64,000 nucleotides of DNA from Verrucomicrobiales bacterium (GTDB lineage Bacteria; Verrucomicrobiota; Verrucomicrobiia; Verrucomicrobiales; SLCJ01), in the NCBI GenBank assembly GCA_046075565.1, contig JBJTQJ010000014.1:32031-96030 (forward strand), in the 5' to 3' direction. Under the pieces are notes generated by a model. It made no database searches. It was not told where the DNA came from and saw only the letters and a list, made by a program, of their open reading frames with translations. Positions 17,934 through 32,923 of the stretch are shown here, in pieces; positions within the stretch are counted from its first letter, which is position 1, and each line of letters starts with the position of its first letter. A program made the position numbers and the translations under genes.

Positions 17934-19223
17934 TTACGGCGTCTCACCAGCGATGATGTCGTCGAGGGTCTGGCGGCGGCGGACGACGCGGGCGCTCTCG
18001 CCGTTGACCAGCACCTCGGCGGGCAGGGAGCGGGAATTATAGTTCGACGCCATGACGAAGCCATAGGCCCCGGCGCTCATCAGCGCGACGAGGTCGCCCG
18101 CCGCGAGCGGGGGCAACTCGGCATCCTGCATGAAAAAGTCGCCGGTTTCGCAAATTGGACCGACCACATCCACCTTCTCGCGGTTTTCCCCGGTCGGCTG
18201 GCGGAGCGGCACGATCTCGTGATGGCCCTGATAGAGGGCCGGACGGATGAGGTCGCCCATACCCGCGTCGACGATTTGGAAGGTTTTAGCCGCCCCCTTC
18301 TTTGTGTAAAGCACTCGGGTGAGCAGCACCCCGGCGTTGCCGACGATCAGACGACCGGGTTCAAGCAGGACGCGCAGGCCCAAATTAGCCAACTCCGGCA
18401 CCAACCTCTGGGCATAGAGATCGAGGGTGAGCGGACGTTCTTCTTCCGGCAGACGCTCCCACCAACCCGGGTCGCCGCTTTCCAGAGAACCGTGGTAAAC
18501 GATTCCGACTCCCCCGCCAATGGAGAAGAATTCGATGCCATGTTTTTCCTTCAGATGCCGCGCCAGTGGAGTGACCTTGCGCACGGCTTCCTCGAAAGGA
18601 CCGACCGAGGTCAATTGCGAACCGATGTGCATCTGCACGCCGCGCAAACGCAGGTGAGGGAACAATGCGGCCTTCTCGTAGGCTTCGGCCACCCTTTCGA
18701 AGTCCACGCCGAATTTATTCTCTGACTTTCCGGTGGAAATGTATTTGTGGGTTTTGGCATCCACATTCGGGTTCACGCGCAGGGCAACTGGAGCGACAAC
18801 GCCCATTTCACCGGCGATGGCGTTGATTGTCTCGAGTTCCGCTTCCGATTCGGCATTGAAACAATAAATCCCCTGTTCCAGGGCATAGCGGATCTCATCC
18901 GCGGTTTTGCCAACGCCGGCGAAGGTGCATCGGTCGGCGCGACCGCCCGCCTTGAGCACGCGGAACAACTCACCGCCCGAGACGATATCGAATCCGGATC
19001 CCAGATCGGCGAGGGACTTCAGCACCGCCAGGTTCGAGTTGGCCTTGACCGCATAACAAACGAGATGATCCAACGGCGCGAGGGCTGCGTCGAGACGCTT
19101 AAAGTGATCGGAAATCGTGCCTTGGCTGTAAACATAGAGGGGCGTGCCGTGATCACGGGCGAGATCGCCGAGAGCCACGCCCTCGCAGTGGAGTTGACCG
19201 TCTTGGTAGTGGAAGGAATGCAT
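17934..19223 (-). CDS. lysA: diaminopimelate decarboxylase
   Basis: YAVKANSN, HIGSQ, EPGR, GPICETGD and AYGFVMASNYN. Confidence 0.96.
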   Translation of the reverse strand: MHSFHYQDGQLHCEGVALGDLARDHGTPLYVYSQGTISDHFKRLDAALAPLDHLVCYAVKANSNLAVLKSLADLGSGFDIVSGGELFRVLKAGGRADRCTFAGVGKTADEIRYALEQGIYCFNAESEAELETINAIAGEMGVVAPVALRVNPNVDAKTHKYISTGKSENKFGVDFERVAEAYEKAALFPHLRLRGVQMHIGSQLTSVGPFEEAVRKVTPLARHLKEKHGIEFFSIGGGVGIVYHGSLESGDPGWWERLPEEERPLTLDLYAQRLVPELANLGLRVLLEPGRLIVGNAGVLLTRVLYTKKGAAKTFQIVDAGMGDLIRPALYQGHHEIVPLRQPTGENREKVDVVGPICETGDFFMQDAELPPLAAGDLVALMSAGAYGFVMASNYNSRSLPAEVLVNGESARVVRRRQTLDDIIAGETP

Positions 19224-19271
19224 GGTGGGATGGGAAAGTTCGGGAAGATGGTGAGATTGCGGCCCCGACCA

Positions 19272-21227
19272 TCATTCGCCTTCATAACGAAGGAGGAAGA
19301 AGGTATGACGCGGATCATTGCCTTGGAACCGCCGGATCTTGGAGAAAAACCGGGCGTCGTCAAGCAGAGTGAATCCGTCCGGAACAGTCGCCCGGTTGAA
19401 CGACTGCAAGCCGTAAACCACATACAGAGGCGATTTGCTCTCTCGTGCGACTTGGATCAGTTCCTCCAGTTCTTGCCGCGAACTGATGAATTTCGCTTTC
19501 GGATCGTAGATGTCGTGGAGAATATCGCTGCCGAGCCCATAACCCGCGGTGAGGGCCTGCCCTCCGGGACCAGCCTCACGCAGATTGGCAAAGGCGTCGC
19601 GGATTTCCGGAAAGGGTTCGTGCGGGTTGCGCACCAGATTGGCCACCTGGGGCATGGCGGTGGCGAGGAAAAAGCCAAGTGCGGCGGGCAGGGCCATGGC
19701 CAATCCCCCGCCCCGTCGCCAGGCTTTGCCCGCAAGATGGCTCCAGACGATGGCCCAGCCAACCACCACCGCCGGGAGCAGGAAGGTGGAAAAGCGCGGA
19801 TAATAATACCAGTCCAGCGCGGCCGTGATCAATAGATGGGCAATTCCCGCGAGAGGCACGGCCATCAGAATCCACCCGGCCAAATGATGCCGTTTGATCG
19901 CCCATAACCATCCGCCGATGGCCAGCAAAACCGAGACCCCGATCAAACACCATCCGGCGACGGGAGCTGAGCCAAAAAGCGAGGTCCAGGTCACGATGGC
20001 GTGGTCGCCGGGTTGGGTGGGCACATCATGGGGCAAACCGAGAAAAAGATGACTCAGGAAATCGGACAAGTTGCCCGGATCGAGTTTCATGAATTCCTCC
20101 TCGGCGGGTGCGCGGGTTTTCGAGGCATGGAGGAATTGCAAAAGATTCGGTCCCATCACCTGGAGGAAAACCGTCGCGCCGACGACATTTGATAGAACCA
20201 AGCGCCCGAATTGCGGGAACATCGGACGTTGTTTGCGAGCCCCCACCACAACCATGATCGCGGCAAGGAAGAAGGCCACACTCACCCAGAGATGCATGAG
20301 GGATGCCCAGAGCAACAGTGCCTGGGCCAACCCGAAGCCGAGCCACCATCGCCATTTTCCGGAGTCCAGGCCCTTGATCAACGTCCAAGCGGCCAAAGCA
20401 GCGGCAAATATCCCCGCCGAATAGGAACGCGCGTCCACTCCCCATTGGATATGCCATGGATGCACGGCTAACAGAACGGCCGCCACCAATCCCGCCGTTG
20501 TGCCTCCGAAGCGCCGGGCCAGGGCGGCCACCAGCAAGATGGTGGCGAGCCCGTAGACCATCGATGGCAAGCGCACGACCCATTCCCGAAATTCCCAGCG
20601 ATCCGCCCCGGTCGTGGAGCGCCAGCTTTCAAGGCAGGCCCGGGCAGGCACGCCGATGACCGTGTGATTGGTCGGCTTGCGGAAATGGAACCAGGTGTCA
20701 TGCCATGATGCCTCGCGAAAAACCGATCCTCCCCCTTCCCCGGTTCCTTTTCCCGCATCATGGGATCCGGAAACACGCTTCATTTGTAGGCCTTCGTCGT
20801 GCCAAAATCCCCCGGTAAAGGTCGTCCAGCGAAGTCCCAGAGCGAGAGCCAGGCAAGCGACCAAGGAAAGTGGATAGAGCCAGCGGCTGCGGCCGCTTCC
20901 CGTTTGTGGGGCCTCGCTCACTTCCGCTGCCGGAGCCTGCCAACGCCGATGCCAAAGCGGTGAGGTGGCGGCCGCCAATGCGAGCAAAACGGCATTCCCG
21001 ATGGCGAACCAATACATGCCAAAAGCGGCGTAATCCTTCACCGGAGCCCATGTCCCGTCGGTCCAGGTTTGTGCCAGCCTTGGCGTGGCCTTGGCCGCAT
21101 CCCCGGCAAAGCTCCGGGAAAGCAGGAAAAACCCCACGGCTCCGGCAAGGAGCAGCACGACCAACCACAGGCGCTCCCGCCGTCCAGAGGGAGTTGTCGG
21201 TGGATTTGTGTCGTTCCTCGGTTTCAC
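19272..21227 (-). CDS. GT-C fold membrane glycosyltransferase (PMT/ArnT-like)
   Basis: FWHDE, EWVVRLPS, HPWHI and DARSY motifs; many TM helices. Confidence 0.7.
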   Translation of the reverse strand: MKPRNDTNPPTTPSGRRERLWLVVLLLAGAVGFFLLSRSFAGDAAKATPRLAQTWTDGTWAPVKDYAAFGMYWFAIGNAVLLALAAATSPLWHRRWQAPAAEVSEAPQTGSGRSRWLYPLSLVACLALALGLRWTTFTGGFWHDEGLQMKRVSGSHDAGKGTGEGGGSVFREASWHDTWFHFRKPTNHTVIGVPARACLESWRSTTGADRWEFREWVVRLPSMVYGLATILLVAALARRFGGTTAGLVAAVLLAVHPWHIQWGVDARSYSAGIFAAALAAWTLIKGLDSGKWRWWLGFGLAQALLLWASLMHLWVSVAFFLAAIMVVVGARKQRPMFPQFGRLVLSNVVGATVFLQVMGPNLLQFLHASKTRAPAEEEFMKLDPGNLSDFLSHLFLGLPHDVPTQPGDHAIVTWTSLFGSAPVAGWCLIGVSVLLAIGGWLWAIKRHHLAGWILMAVPLAGIAHLLITAALDWYYYPRFSTFLLPAVVVGWAIVWSHLAGKAWRRGGGLAMALPAALGFFLATAMPQVANLVRNPHEPFPEIRDAFANLREAGPGGQALTAGYGLGSDILHDIYDPKAKFISSRQELEELIQVARESKSPLYVVYGLQSFNRATVPDGFTLLDDARFFSKIRRFQGNDPRHTFFLLRYEGE

Positions 21228-21384
21228 AAAGATACCATGGCCAGATGGAGCCGCCGGGCAAGAGGAAGCGCCATATCAGGGCGGAGCGCCAGAAGAAGAA
21301 CGAATTCGGCTTGCATTGCCGTTTGGAAACCCCGATCTTCCCTTTCGCTGGAAATTCCGCTTCAATGCTCACCCATTGATTCAC

Positions 21385-21840
21385 ATGCCTTACCGAATCT
21401 GCAAATCCCTCGAAATCGAAAATGGACACATGTTGTCCCTTCACCCTGATAAGTGCCGATTTCCCCATGGCCATACCCGCAAGGTCGAATTCACGCTCGA
21501 GGCGGCGGAGTTGGACGCGGCAGGCATGGTTTGCGATTTCAAGATCATCAAAGAGGCGGTGGGTGATTATCTGGAGACCTTTGACCATGCCCTGTGCATG
21601 AACACCAAGGACAAAATGTATCAGGTATTCAAGAAAGCCTATGGAGAGAGGGTGATCGGCTTTGAGAATACGGAACCCACTACGGAGGTCATGGCCAAGG
21701 AATTCTTTGATGCTTGCACCCGGCATTTGCAAAATTATGCCGACGCGCCCACGGCTGCCTACCCCCTGCGCGGCAATGTGAAACTCATCTCCGTGCGGGT
21801 TTGGGAAACCAGCAGTTCATGGGCCGAATACTCCATCTGA
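21385..21840 (+). CDS. queD: 6-carboxy-5,6,7,8-tetrahydropterin synthase (QueD/PTPS)
   Basis: CRFPHGHT, MVCDF, FDH, PTTEVMA and VWET. Confidence 0.88.
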   Translation: MPYRICKSLEIENGHMLSLHPDKCRFPHGHTRKVEFTLEAAELDAAGMVCDFKIIKEAVGDYLETFDHALCMNTKDKMYQVFKKAYGERVIGFENTEPTTEVMAKEFFDACTRHLQNYADAPTAAYPLRGNVKLISVRVWETSSSWAEYSI

Positions 21841-21848
21841 CCCGCTCC

Positions 21849-22682
21849 ATGGCCAAGAAGAATCTCCCCGACATCCAAAAGACTCGCGACACCCGCGGCA
21901 TCCCCATCGAGCAGGCGGGCATTTGTGATCTTGCGTATCCGATTCATGTGCTCGACCGAGAGGGCAAACCGCAACGCACCATCGCCAACATCTCCATGTC
22001 GGTGCATCTGCCGCACCACTTCAAGGGCACCCACATGAGTCGGTTCCTGGAAATTCTCTCCCGTCACGAAGGAGAGATCACCATGCGCACGCTTCCGGCC
22101 ATCGTGAAGGAACTCGAGGAAAAACTGGAGGCCGAGAGCGCGCGGGTGGAGGTCGAATTCCCCTACTTCATCGAAAAGGCCGCACCGATCAGCGGAGCGA
22201 AAGCCAAAGTGGCCTGTCAGGTCCGTTTCCTTGGTGAATCGAAAAAATCGCGACGCGACTTCGCCTTGCGTGTCGAGACCCCGGTCATGACCCTCTGCCC
22301 GTGCAGCAAGGAAATCAGCGACTACGGCGCGCACAATCAGCGCGGCCATGTCACGATCGAGGTGCGCACCCGCCGCACCAAAGGTGGTTGGGACATGATG
22401 TGGATCGAGGACTTGGTGGAAATTGCAGAAAAGTCCGCCTCCGCCCCGATTTACGCGCTATTGAAACGTTCCGACGAACGGCATGTGACCATGCAGGCCT
22501 ACGACAATCCGGTATTTGTCGAAGACCTCGTGCGGAACGTGGCCGTCCGTTTGAAGCGGATCAAAAGCGTCACCTCCTTCGAGGTCCGCGCCATCAATCA
22601 GGAAAGCATCCACGCCCACAATGCCTTCGCCTGCGTGGTCTGGAAACGAACGGGTGACGCCAAGCGTCATCGCTCGTCGTAA
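21849..22682 (+). CDS. folE2: GTP cyclohydrolase IB
   Basis: KGTHMSRF, TLCPCSKEIS, GAHNQR, NPVFVED and ESIHAHNA. Confidence 0.95.
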   Translation: MAKKNLPDIQKTRDTRGIPIEQAGICDLAYPIHVLDREGKPQRTIANISMSVHLPHHFKGTHMSRFLEILSRHEGEITMRTLPAIVKELEEKLEAESARVEVEFPYFIEKAAPISGAKAKVACQVRFLGESKKSRRDFALRVETPVMTLCPCSKEISDYGAHNQRGHVTIEVRTRRTKGGWDMMWIEDLVEIAEKSASAPIYALLKRSDERHVTMQAYDNPVFVEDLVRNVAVRLKRIKSVTSFEVRAINQESIHAHNAFACVVWKRTGDAKRHRSS

Positions 22683-22809
22683 CGGCGGCAAGATTTCAAT
22701 TGCGGAGGGCCACGAAATCGCCATGGCGTCCCGGTTAAGCGTCCCACATCCATGTGCTGTTCATTTCACCGTGTAAGATTGGCGTCGGACTCGCGTATCT
22801 CAGGCCCAA

Positions 22810-24333
22810 GTGAAACACGTTTTCCATCTCCTTTTCGCCACCTCTTGCATCGCCCTCGCCCGCGCCGATTCGCACGCTGTCATTGCCGGAAATGAGGATG
22901 CCGCCCGCGCGGCCTATCCCCGGCCGTTCTCCCGGCCTCCTTCCGTGGGTCAAGACTACGATACATGGCGAGATGCCAAAGGTCCCGACATCGGCGAGAC
23001 GATGGTTGACCCGAAGCGCCTGCCCTCACGCGTCGACAACTCCACCCGCCCGGAATTCCCTCCCATCTACAAGCAGTATGGTGGTGCCTGCGGTCAATTC
23101 ACCGCCATCGCCTCGATGCTCACGTATGAAATGAATGTCCACGGCGGCACGCACGCCGATACCGAAGCACGGCGATTCCCTGCCGACTTCTCATGGAACA
23201 TGATCAACAGCGCCAACAAGAGCAACGGTTCGGAAGCGTATCACGGCTGGGAAGTGGCCAAACACATCGGCATCCCTACCGTGCAATCCTACGGCACGGT
23301 CCACCGTAAGGAAGCCGGTCCTTGGCCGAATGGCTACCAGATTTGGCGCGAGGCCATGGAGTATCGTGTCGCAGGCTACCGATACACTCCCGCGCAAACC
23401 GTCGAGCAAATCAATGAAGCCCGCGGTTGGCTCTTCGACCGGAACAACCCCAGGGAAGGCAAGGAATCCATAGGTGGGCTGCTCGCGCTCGACGGACGCA
23501 TGGGTGAATTGGAAAAAGTCACCCGAACCATTGCCGAAGGAGGGCATCTGGCCGGCGAAGATGTCTGGATCCGCTGGGGTCCGACCGGATACGGACACGG
23601 CATCACTTGCGTCGGATATGATGACAATGTCGGTTTCGACGTCAATGGCGATGGAAAGATCACCAACGACATTGATACCAATGGCGATGGCCGGGTCACG
23701 CTGGCTGACTGGGAGCGTGGCGCCTATATCGTCGTGAACTCATGGGGTGAGAAGTGGTCGAAGGACGGCAAAATCTATCTGCTCTATAGCGCCATGATCG
23801 ATCCCACGTGGGAGCGCGGCAACTACCTCGGGCGCATCGAAGTTGCCCGCCAGATTCCACGCCGCACCCTCAAACTCAGACTCACGTGCGACAATCGCGC
23901 CGATCTGCGCGTGAAGATCGGGATCGCCCGTAACAAGGATGCCGAACAGCCAGAACATGAGTTCGCCCCACAACCTCTGAATGGTTGGCCGCTCTTCGGC
24001 GAACGAGGCCAGGTGGGGAAAGTGCCCCTCGCCGGCCCCGGCGATTCCTCCCCCGTGGAAATTGGCATTGATGTCACAGACCTGTTTGGAAAGCTTGGTC
24101 CCGAGGCCGCTGATGAAGCACGCCTGTTCGTGCGTTTTGACCGCACCAAAGGCAGCAAGATGACAGGCGAATTGCAGGCATGTGCGGTCCGCAGCTATGA
24201 TGCGAATGGCGGGTTTGTCAGTGAAGAAGTTGTCGAGATTGAAAATGGAACCTTCGGCCCCGAGACGCTGAAGATTGCGACTTGGATCGGACAAGAAACC
24301 ACCAATCTGCCGACGACTCCGGAGCCACAGTGA
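22810..24333 (+). CDS. secreted papain-like (C1) cysteine peptidase
   Basis: signal peptide; LPSRVDN, QYGGAC, GHGITCVGYDD and VNSWG. Confidence 0.8.
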   Translation: MKHVFHLLFATSCIALARADSHAVIAGNEDAARAAYPRPFSRPPSVGQDYDTWRDAKGPDIGETMVDPKRLPSRVDNSTRPEFPPIYKQYGGACGQFTAIASMLTYEMNVHGGTHADTEARRFPADFSWNMINSANKSNGSEAYHGWEVAKHIGIPTVQSYGTVHRKEAGPWPNGYQIWREAMEYRVAGYRYTPAQTVEQINEARGWLFDRNNPREGKESIGGLLALDGRMGELEKVTRTIAEGGHLAGEDVWIRWGPTGYGHGITCVGYDDNVGFDVNGDGKITNDIDTNGDGRVTLADWERGAYIVVNSWGEKWSKDGKIYLLYSAMIDPTWERGNYLGRIEVARQIPRRTLKLRLTCDNRADLRVKIGIARNKDAEQPEHEFAPQPLNGWPLFGERGQVGKVPLAGPGDSSPVEIGIDVTDLFGKLGPEAADEARLFVRFDRTKGSKMTGELQACAVRSYDANGGFVSEEVVEIENGTFGPETLKIATWIGQETTNLPTTPEPQ

Positions 24334-24368
24334 AATCTGATTCGTGGGTGGTCGGAACCCATCCGCGT

Positions 24369-24428
24369 GCCGAGCTGGCTTACCCTTCGTAGCCGGTAGG
24401 GCGAAGTAAGGGGCTCGGCGTTCCCGGG
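24369..24428. repeat. nested palindromic REP-like element between convergent genes
   Basis: GCCGAGC...GCTCGGC outer arms enclosing CTTAC/GTAAG and CTTCG/CGAAG. Confidence 0.5.
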
Positions 24429-24452
24429 AGGAATGGCCTCGCGACGACTGTC

Positions 24453-25841
24453 TCAACACCCTAACAAGCCTGCCACAGCTTCCGCCGCATCGATGTCACT
24501 GCCCACGGCATTCGCTCCTTGGCCGAGATACACCGGCTGATCGAGCGGATCGGTCGTGACCAGGCCATGACTTCCTTTGACGAGTGTGGGATCAAGAGGC
24601 ACGACTTCGAGCAGCCCGCGTAAGCCGAGCTTTTTCTTGGCCAGAAATGACAGGATTTTCAGTTTCGGAAACGCCAGTGTCGGGTCGATGTGCAGTTCGC
24701 AAGGATCGTAGCCGGGCTTACGATGGATATCGATGCAGCGGGCGAAATCGGGAGCCTGCTGGTCATCGAGCCAGTAATAATAGGTGAACCATGCATCGGG
24801 TTCAGCCAGCACAATCAGGTCACCAGCGCGTTGGCCAGCCGCTGTATCGGGCGTCCATCCGAATTCCGCTGGTTCGCAAACGCGCGCAACGCCGGGTTCG
24901 CCAGCGAGGAGGGATTTGACTTCTGCGAGGGGTAGCCCGCCCTGCACATAAACATGGGCGACCTGATGGTCGGCGACAGCAAAAGCGCGCGAGGCTCCGG
25001 CATCGAGAAGTTCGAGGCCCAGTTCGTCTTTCACCACGAGCCATCCGGCGCGACGGAGGACACGATTGAGAGAAACCGGTCGCGAAACAGGAGTGATGCC
25101 GTATTCGGAAAGAATAATGACCCCGACATCGCGGGCCTCGAACCAGTCGACGAGATCGGTGACAAGGGTATCGACAGCCGCCAGTTCTCCGGCTGTGCCC
25201 GGGTCGTCAGGTCCGCTGCGTTGGAGCGGGTAATCGAGATGGGGTAGATAAACAAGCTGGAGAGTTGGGCGATGCTTTTCCTCGATCCAGCGGGCGGACT
25301 CGGCAATCCAGCGGCTGCTTTCAATCCCCGCCGCCGGTCCCCAGAAGTGGCGGAATGGAAAAGGTCCAAGCTGGTCAGGGCGCTGGATTTCAAAGCGCGT
25401 TTCCGGCGGAGTGGTGTAGATGTCGAAGATTTTCCTGCCGTCGGCCGGATACATCGGTCGCGGGGTGAGGGCATGTTCGACCTCGGAATACATGTTATAC
25501 CACCAGAAAGTCTTGGCCGTGGTCGCTCCCGGGCGGGCTCGGCGGAGCCGGTGCCAGATTTTCTGGCCGTTGACGAGGGCGTCCGGTTGTTTCCAAAACT
25601 GAACCTCACACAACTCGCGGTGATACCAGCCATTGCCGACGATGCCATGCCCGGCGGGCGATTGGCCGGTGAGAAGGCTGCTCTGGGCCGAACAGGTGAG
25701 CGCCGGAAAGGTCGGGGGAAATGCAGCCAGACCGCTCCGGTCGGCCCGGGCCCGCAACCGGGGCATGGATCCGCTTTCCAGGTGTCGCCGGGTGAGCCCG
25801 ACGACATCGAGAACGACCCACCGGTTGTTTTCCTGCGCCAT
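24453..25841 (-). CDS. alkaline phosphatase superfamily nucleotide pyrophosphatase (EboF-like)
   Basis: LDVVGL, FPALTCSAQ, HGIVGNGW, YLPHLDY, SEYG, DIHRKPGYDP and GSHG. Confidence 0.85.
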   Translation of the reverse strand: MAQENNRWVVLDVVGLTRRHLESGSMPRLRARADRSGLAAFPPTFPALTCSAQSSLLTGQSPAGHGIVGNGWYHRELCEVQFWKQPDALVNGQKIWHRLRRARPGATTAKTFWWYNMYSEVEHALTPRPMYPADGRKIFDIYTTPPETRFEIQRPDQLGPFPFRHFWGPAAGIESSRWIAESARWIEEKHRPTLQLVYLPHLDYPLQRSGPDDPGTAGELAAVDTLVTDLVDWFEARDVGVIILSEYGITPVSRPVSLNRVLRRAGWLVVKDELGLELLDAGASRAFAVADHQVAHVYVQGGLPLAEVKSLLAGEPGVARVCEPAEFGWTPDTAAGQRAGDLIVLAEPDAWFTYYYWLDDQQAPDFARCIDIHRKPGYDPCELHIDPTLAFPKLKILSFLAKKKLGLRGLLEVVPLDPTLVKGSHGLVTTDPLDQPVYLGQGANAVGSDIDAAEAVAGLLGC

Positions 25842-26118
25842 GGGCCAAGATGGCGCAGTGGCTGCTTTCAGGCAAGCTTGGCAAAACACCGCTCGATAAT
25901 CTTTGATTCCATCTTTCATCCGTTCCAAAACGTTCTTTTATCTGGAAGCAAAATTTTCCCTGAAAAATGGGAAATGCCTGCTATACTCCCGGTCCCCGTC
26001 GGAATGCCTTGGAAATCTAAGGTGTTGGCAAACTGCAGGATTGAAAAATCCGGCCGATTGCCCGACTCAATTCCCCGGTTTGGCCGGTTAAACCACCCCA
26101 GCCCCTATCGAAAAGAAA

Positions 26119-30804
<4,686 letters not shown>

Positions 30805-30856
30805 TCCGCTAGCAACAAATCCTTTACCACACTCTCTCCCCAACCAGCATCCATCC

Positions 30857-32353
30857 ATGGGCAAAGCCACCGGATTCCTCGAAGTTGACCGCCAGACCAT
30901 TCCCGACCGCTCGCCGCTCGAGCGTCTCAAGGATTGGAAGGAAATCCATGAACACCGCGACGACAAAGCGGTGGGCAAACAAGCGTCGCGTTGTATGGAT
31001 TGCGGCACGCCTTATTGCCACACCGGGATCATGATCAGCGGGATGGCCAGCGGCTGTCCGATCAACAACCTGATTCCCGAGTTCAACGATCTCGTTTACC
31101 GGAATCGTTGGAAGGAAGCCCTCGAACGCCTGCGCAAGACGAACAATTTCCCTGAGTTCACCGGTCGCGTTTGCCCGGCCCCCTGCGAAGGTTCCTGCGT
31201 GCTCGGTTCCATCGAACCGGCGGTGACAATCAAGAACATCGAATGCTCCATCATCGACCGGGGATGGGAAGAAGGCTGGCTGACCCCGCGGGTGCCCGCG
31301 CACCGCACCGGGAAAAAAGTTGCCGTCGTCGGCTCCGGTCCGGCAGGTCTCGCCTGCGCCGATCAATTGAACCAAGCCGGCCACACCGTGACCGTCTTTG
31401 AACGCGCCGACCGTCTGGGTGGGCTCCTCATGTATGGCATCCCCAACATGAAACTCGACAAAACCGAAGTTGTCGAGCGCCGCGTGCAACTCATGCGCGA
31501 TGAAGGCGTGCAATTCATCACGAATGCCAACATCGGCGTGGATGGTGAATGGACGTCCGCACGTTTGCAGAAAGACTTCGACGCCATCGTGCTCTGCTGC
31601 GGTGCCACCCAAGGGCGCGATCTCCCCATCGACGGACGCGACGCCAAGGGCGTTTACCTCGCGATGGAATTCCTGACCGACAACACGAAATACCAGCTCG
31701 ACCACGGGTTTGATGGGAGCAATCCCACCCTCAACGCTACCGGCAAGGATGTCGTGGTGATTGGCGGTGGTGACACCGGCACCGACTGCGTTGGAACAAG
31801 CCTGCGCCAGAAATGCAAGAGTGTGGTCCAGCTTGAGATCATGCCCCGTCCGCCCGAATCCCGCGCCGCCAACAACCCTTGGCCGGAATGGCCGAAGGTT
31901 TACAAAATGGATTACGGCCAGGAAGAAGCCGCCGCCGTGCAAGGTGCGGATCCACGTCACTACCTCGTGCAGACCCGCCGGTTCCTCAAGGAGGCCGATG
32001 GCAACTTGGCCGGCCTCGAGATCGTGGAAATCGAATGGGCCAAGGACGAGAACGGCCGCATGTTCCCCAAGGAAAAGCCGGAAACCGTGCGCGTGCTACC
32101 CTGCCAACTTTCTCTTCTCGCCCTCGGCTTTACCGGCCCGGAACAAGAGATCGTGAAAAAGTTCGGCCTCGAAACCGACACCCGCAGCAACGTCAAGGCC
32201 AACCACGGCGCCTTCACCACCAATGTCGCCGGGGTCTTCGCCGCCGGTGACATGCGCCGTGGACAATCCCTCGTCGTCTGGGCCATCAATGAAGGCCGCG
32301 GAGCGGCGCGCGAATGCGACCGTTTCCTCATGGGAAAAACCTGCCTCCCTTGA
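30857..32353 (+). CDS. gltD: glutamate synthase small subunit
   Basis: [25 protein letters not shown] and [14 protein letters not shown]. Confidence 0.98.
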   Translation: MGKATGFLEVDRQTIPDRSPLERLKDWKEIHEHRDDKAVGKQASRCMDCGTPYCHTGIMISGMASGCPINNLIPEFNDLVYRNRWKEALERLRKTNNFPEFTGRVCPAPCEGSCVLGSIEPAVTIKNIECSIIDRGWEEGWLTPRVPAHRTGKKVAVVGSGPAGLACADQLNQAGHTVTVFERADRLGGLLMYGIPNMKLDKTEVVERRVQLMRDEGVQFITNANIGVDGEWTSARLQKDFDAIVLCCGATQGRDLPIDGRDAKGVYLAMEFLTDNTKYQLDHGFDGSNPTLNATGKDVVVIGGGDTGTDCVGTSLRQKCKSVVQLEIMPRPPESRAANNPWPEWPKVYKMDYGQEEAAAVQGADPRHYLVQTRRFLKEADGNLAGLEIVEIEWAKDENGRMFPKEKPETVRVLPCQLSLLALGFTGPEQEIVKKFGLETDTRSNVKANHGAFTTNVAGVFAAGDMRRGQSLVVWAINEGRGAARECDRFLMGKTCLP

Positions 32354-32437
32354 GGCGGGGCTGCATGCTTCCTGATCGGCGGGTTCGCGCCTGATGCCTC
32401 TGGCTCATCCAAGAAAGCGGGTCGTTCCTCCCGTTTT

Positions 32438-32543
32438 GGAGCCACCACAATCCCGTGGTGGCGGCACAAGGTGAGTGGCTGGGGACACAAGGGCTTTTGC
32501 CTTGGCGGTTCTATTGCCGCCACCACAGGATTGTGGTGGCTCC
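32438..32543. repeat. inverted pair of REP-like palindromes
   Basis: GGAGCCACCACAATCCCGTGGTGGCGGCA (32438-32466) and reverse complement with one mismatch at 32515-32543. Confidence 0.75.
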
Positions 32544-32607
32544 GAAGATTCCACTCAAGCGAATTTGGTGCCTGAGTTCCCAACCGAGCCCCACGGGCTT
32601 GCCCGCT

Positions 32608-32682
32608 TGGCTCCGGCGGTAGGGCTCGAACCTACGACCTAGTGGTTAACAGCCACCCGCTCTACCGCTGAGCTACGCCGGA
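32608..32682 (-). tRNA. tRNA-Asn(GTT)
   Basis: TCCGGCG/CGCCGGA acceptor stem, TAGCTCAGCGGTAGAGC D arm, CT-GTT-AA anticodon loop, GGTTCGAGCCC, encoded CCA. Confidence 0.97.
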
Positions 32683-32923
32683 ATGCTTGCGGACTGGTAA
32701 TTTCGCCAGTGGGATGGCTTTGGCAAGTGGAAATTGGGACGAATTTCCGGGCAGCCCCCCGGTTTTCTGGACTGACCGCCGGGACGCCCGCCGCTGGAGC
32801 TGGATTGGCTACCCTCCGACCTTTCAGACCAGTGGGACAAACTTTCCGGTCTGCTATCTTGAGTCTTTGAGCGAAGCGGTCTTGTGTCTTTCTCCCTCCC
32901 GCCGTAGTATTGCCCTTCGCCCC

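Noticed and set aside
32354-32682. Genomic island integrated at tRNA-Asn
   Set aside because: No integrase and no duplicated tRNA 3' end noticed; flanks are housekeeping genes.
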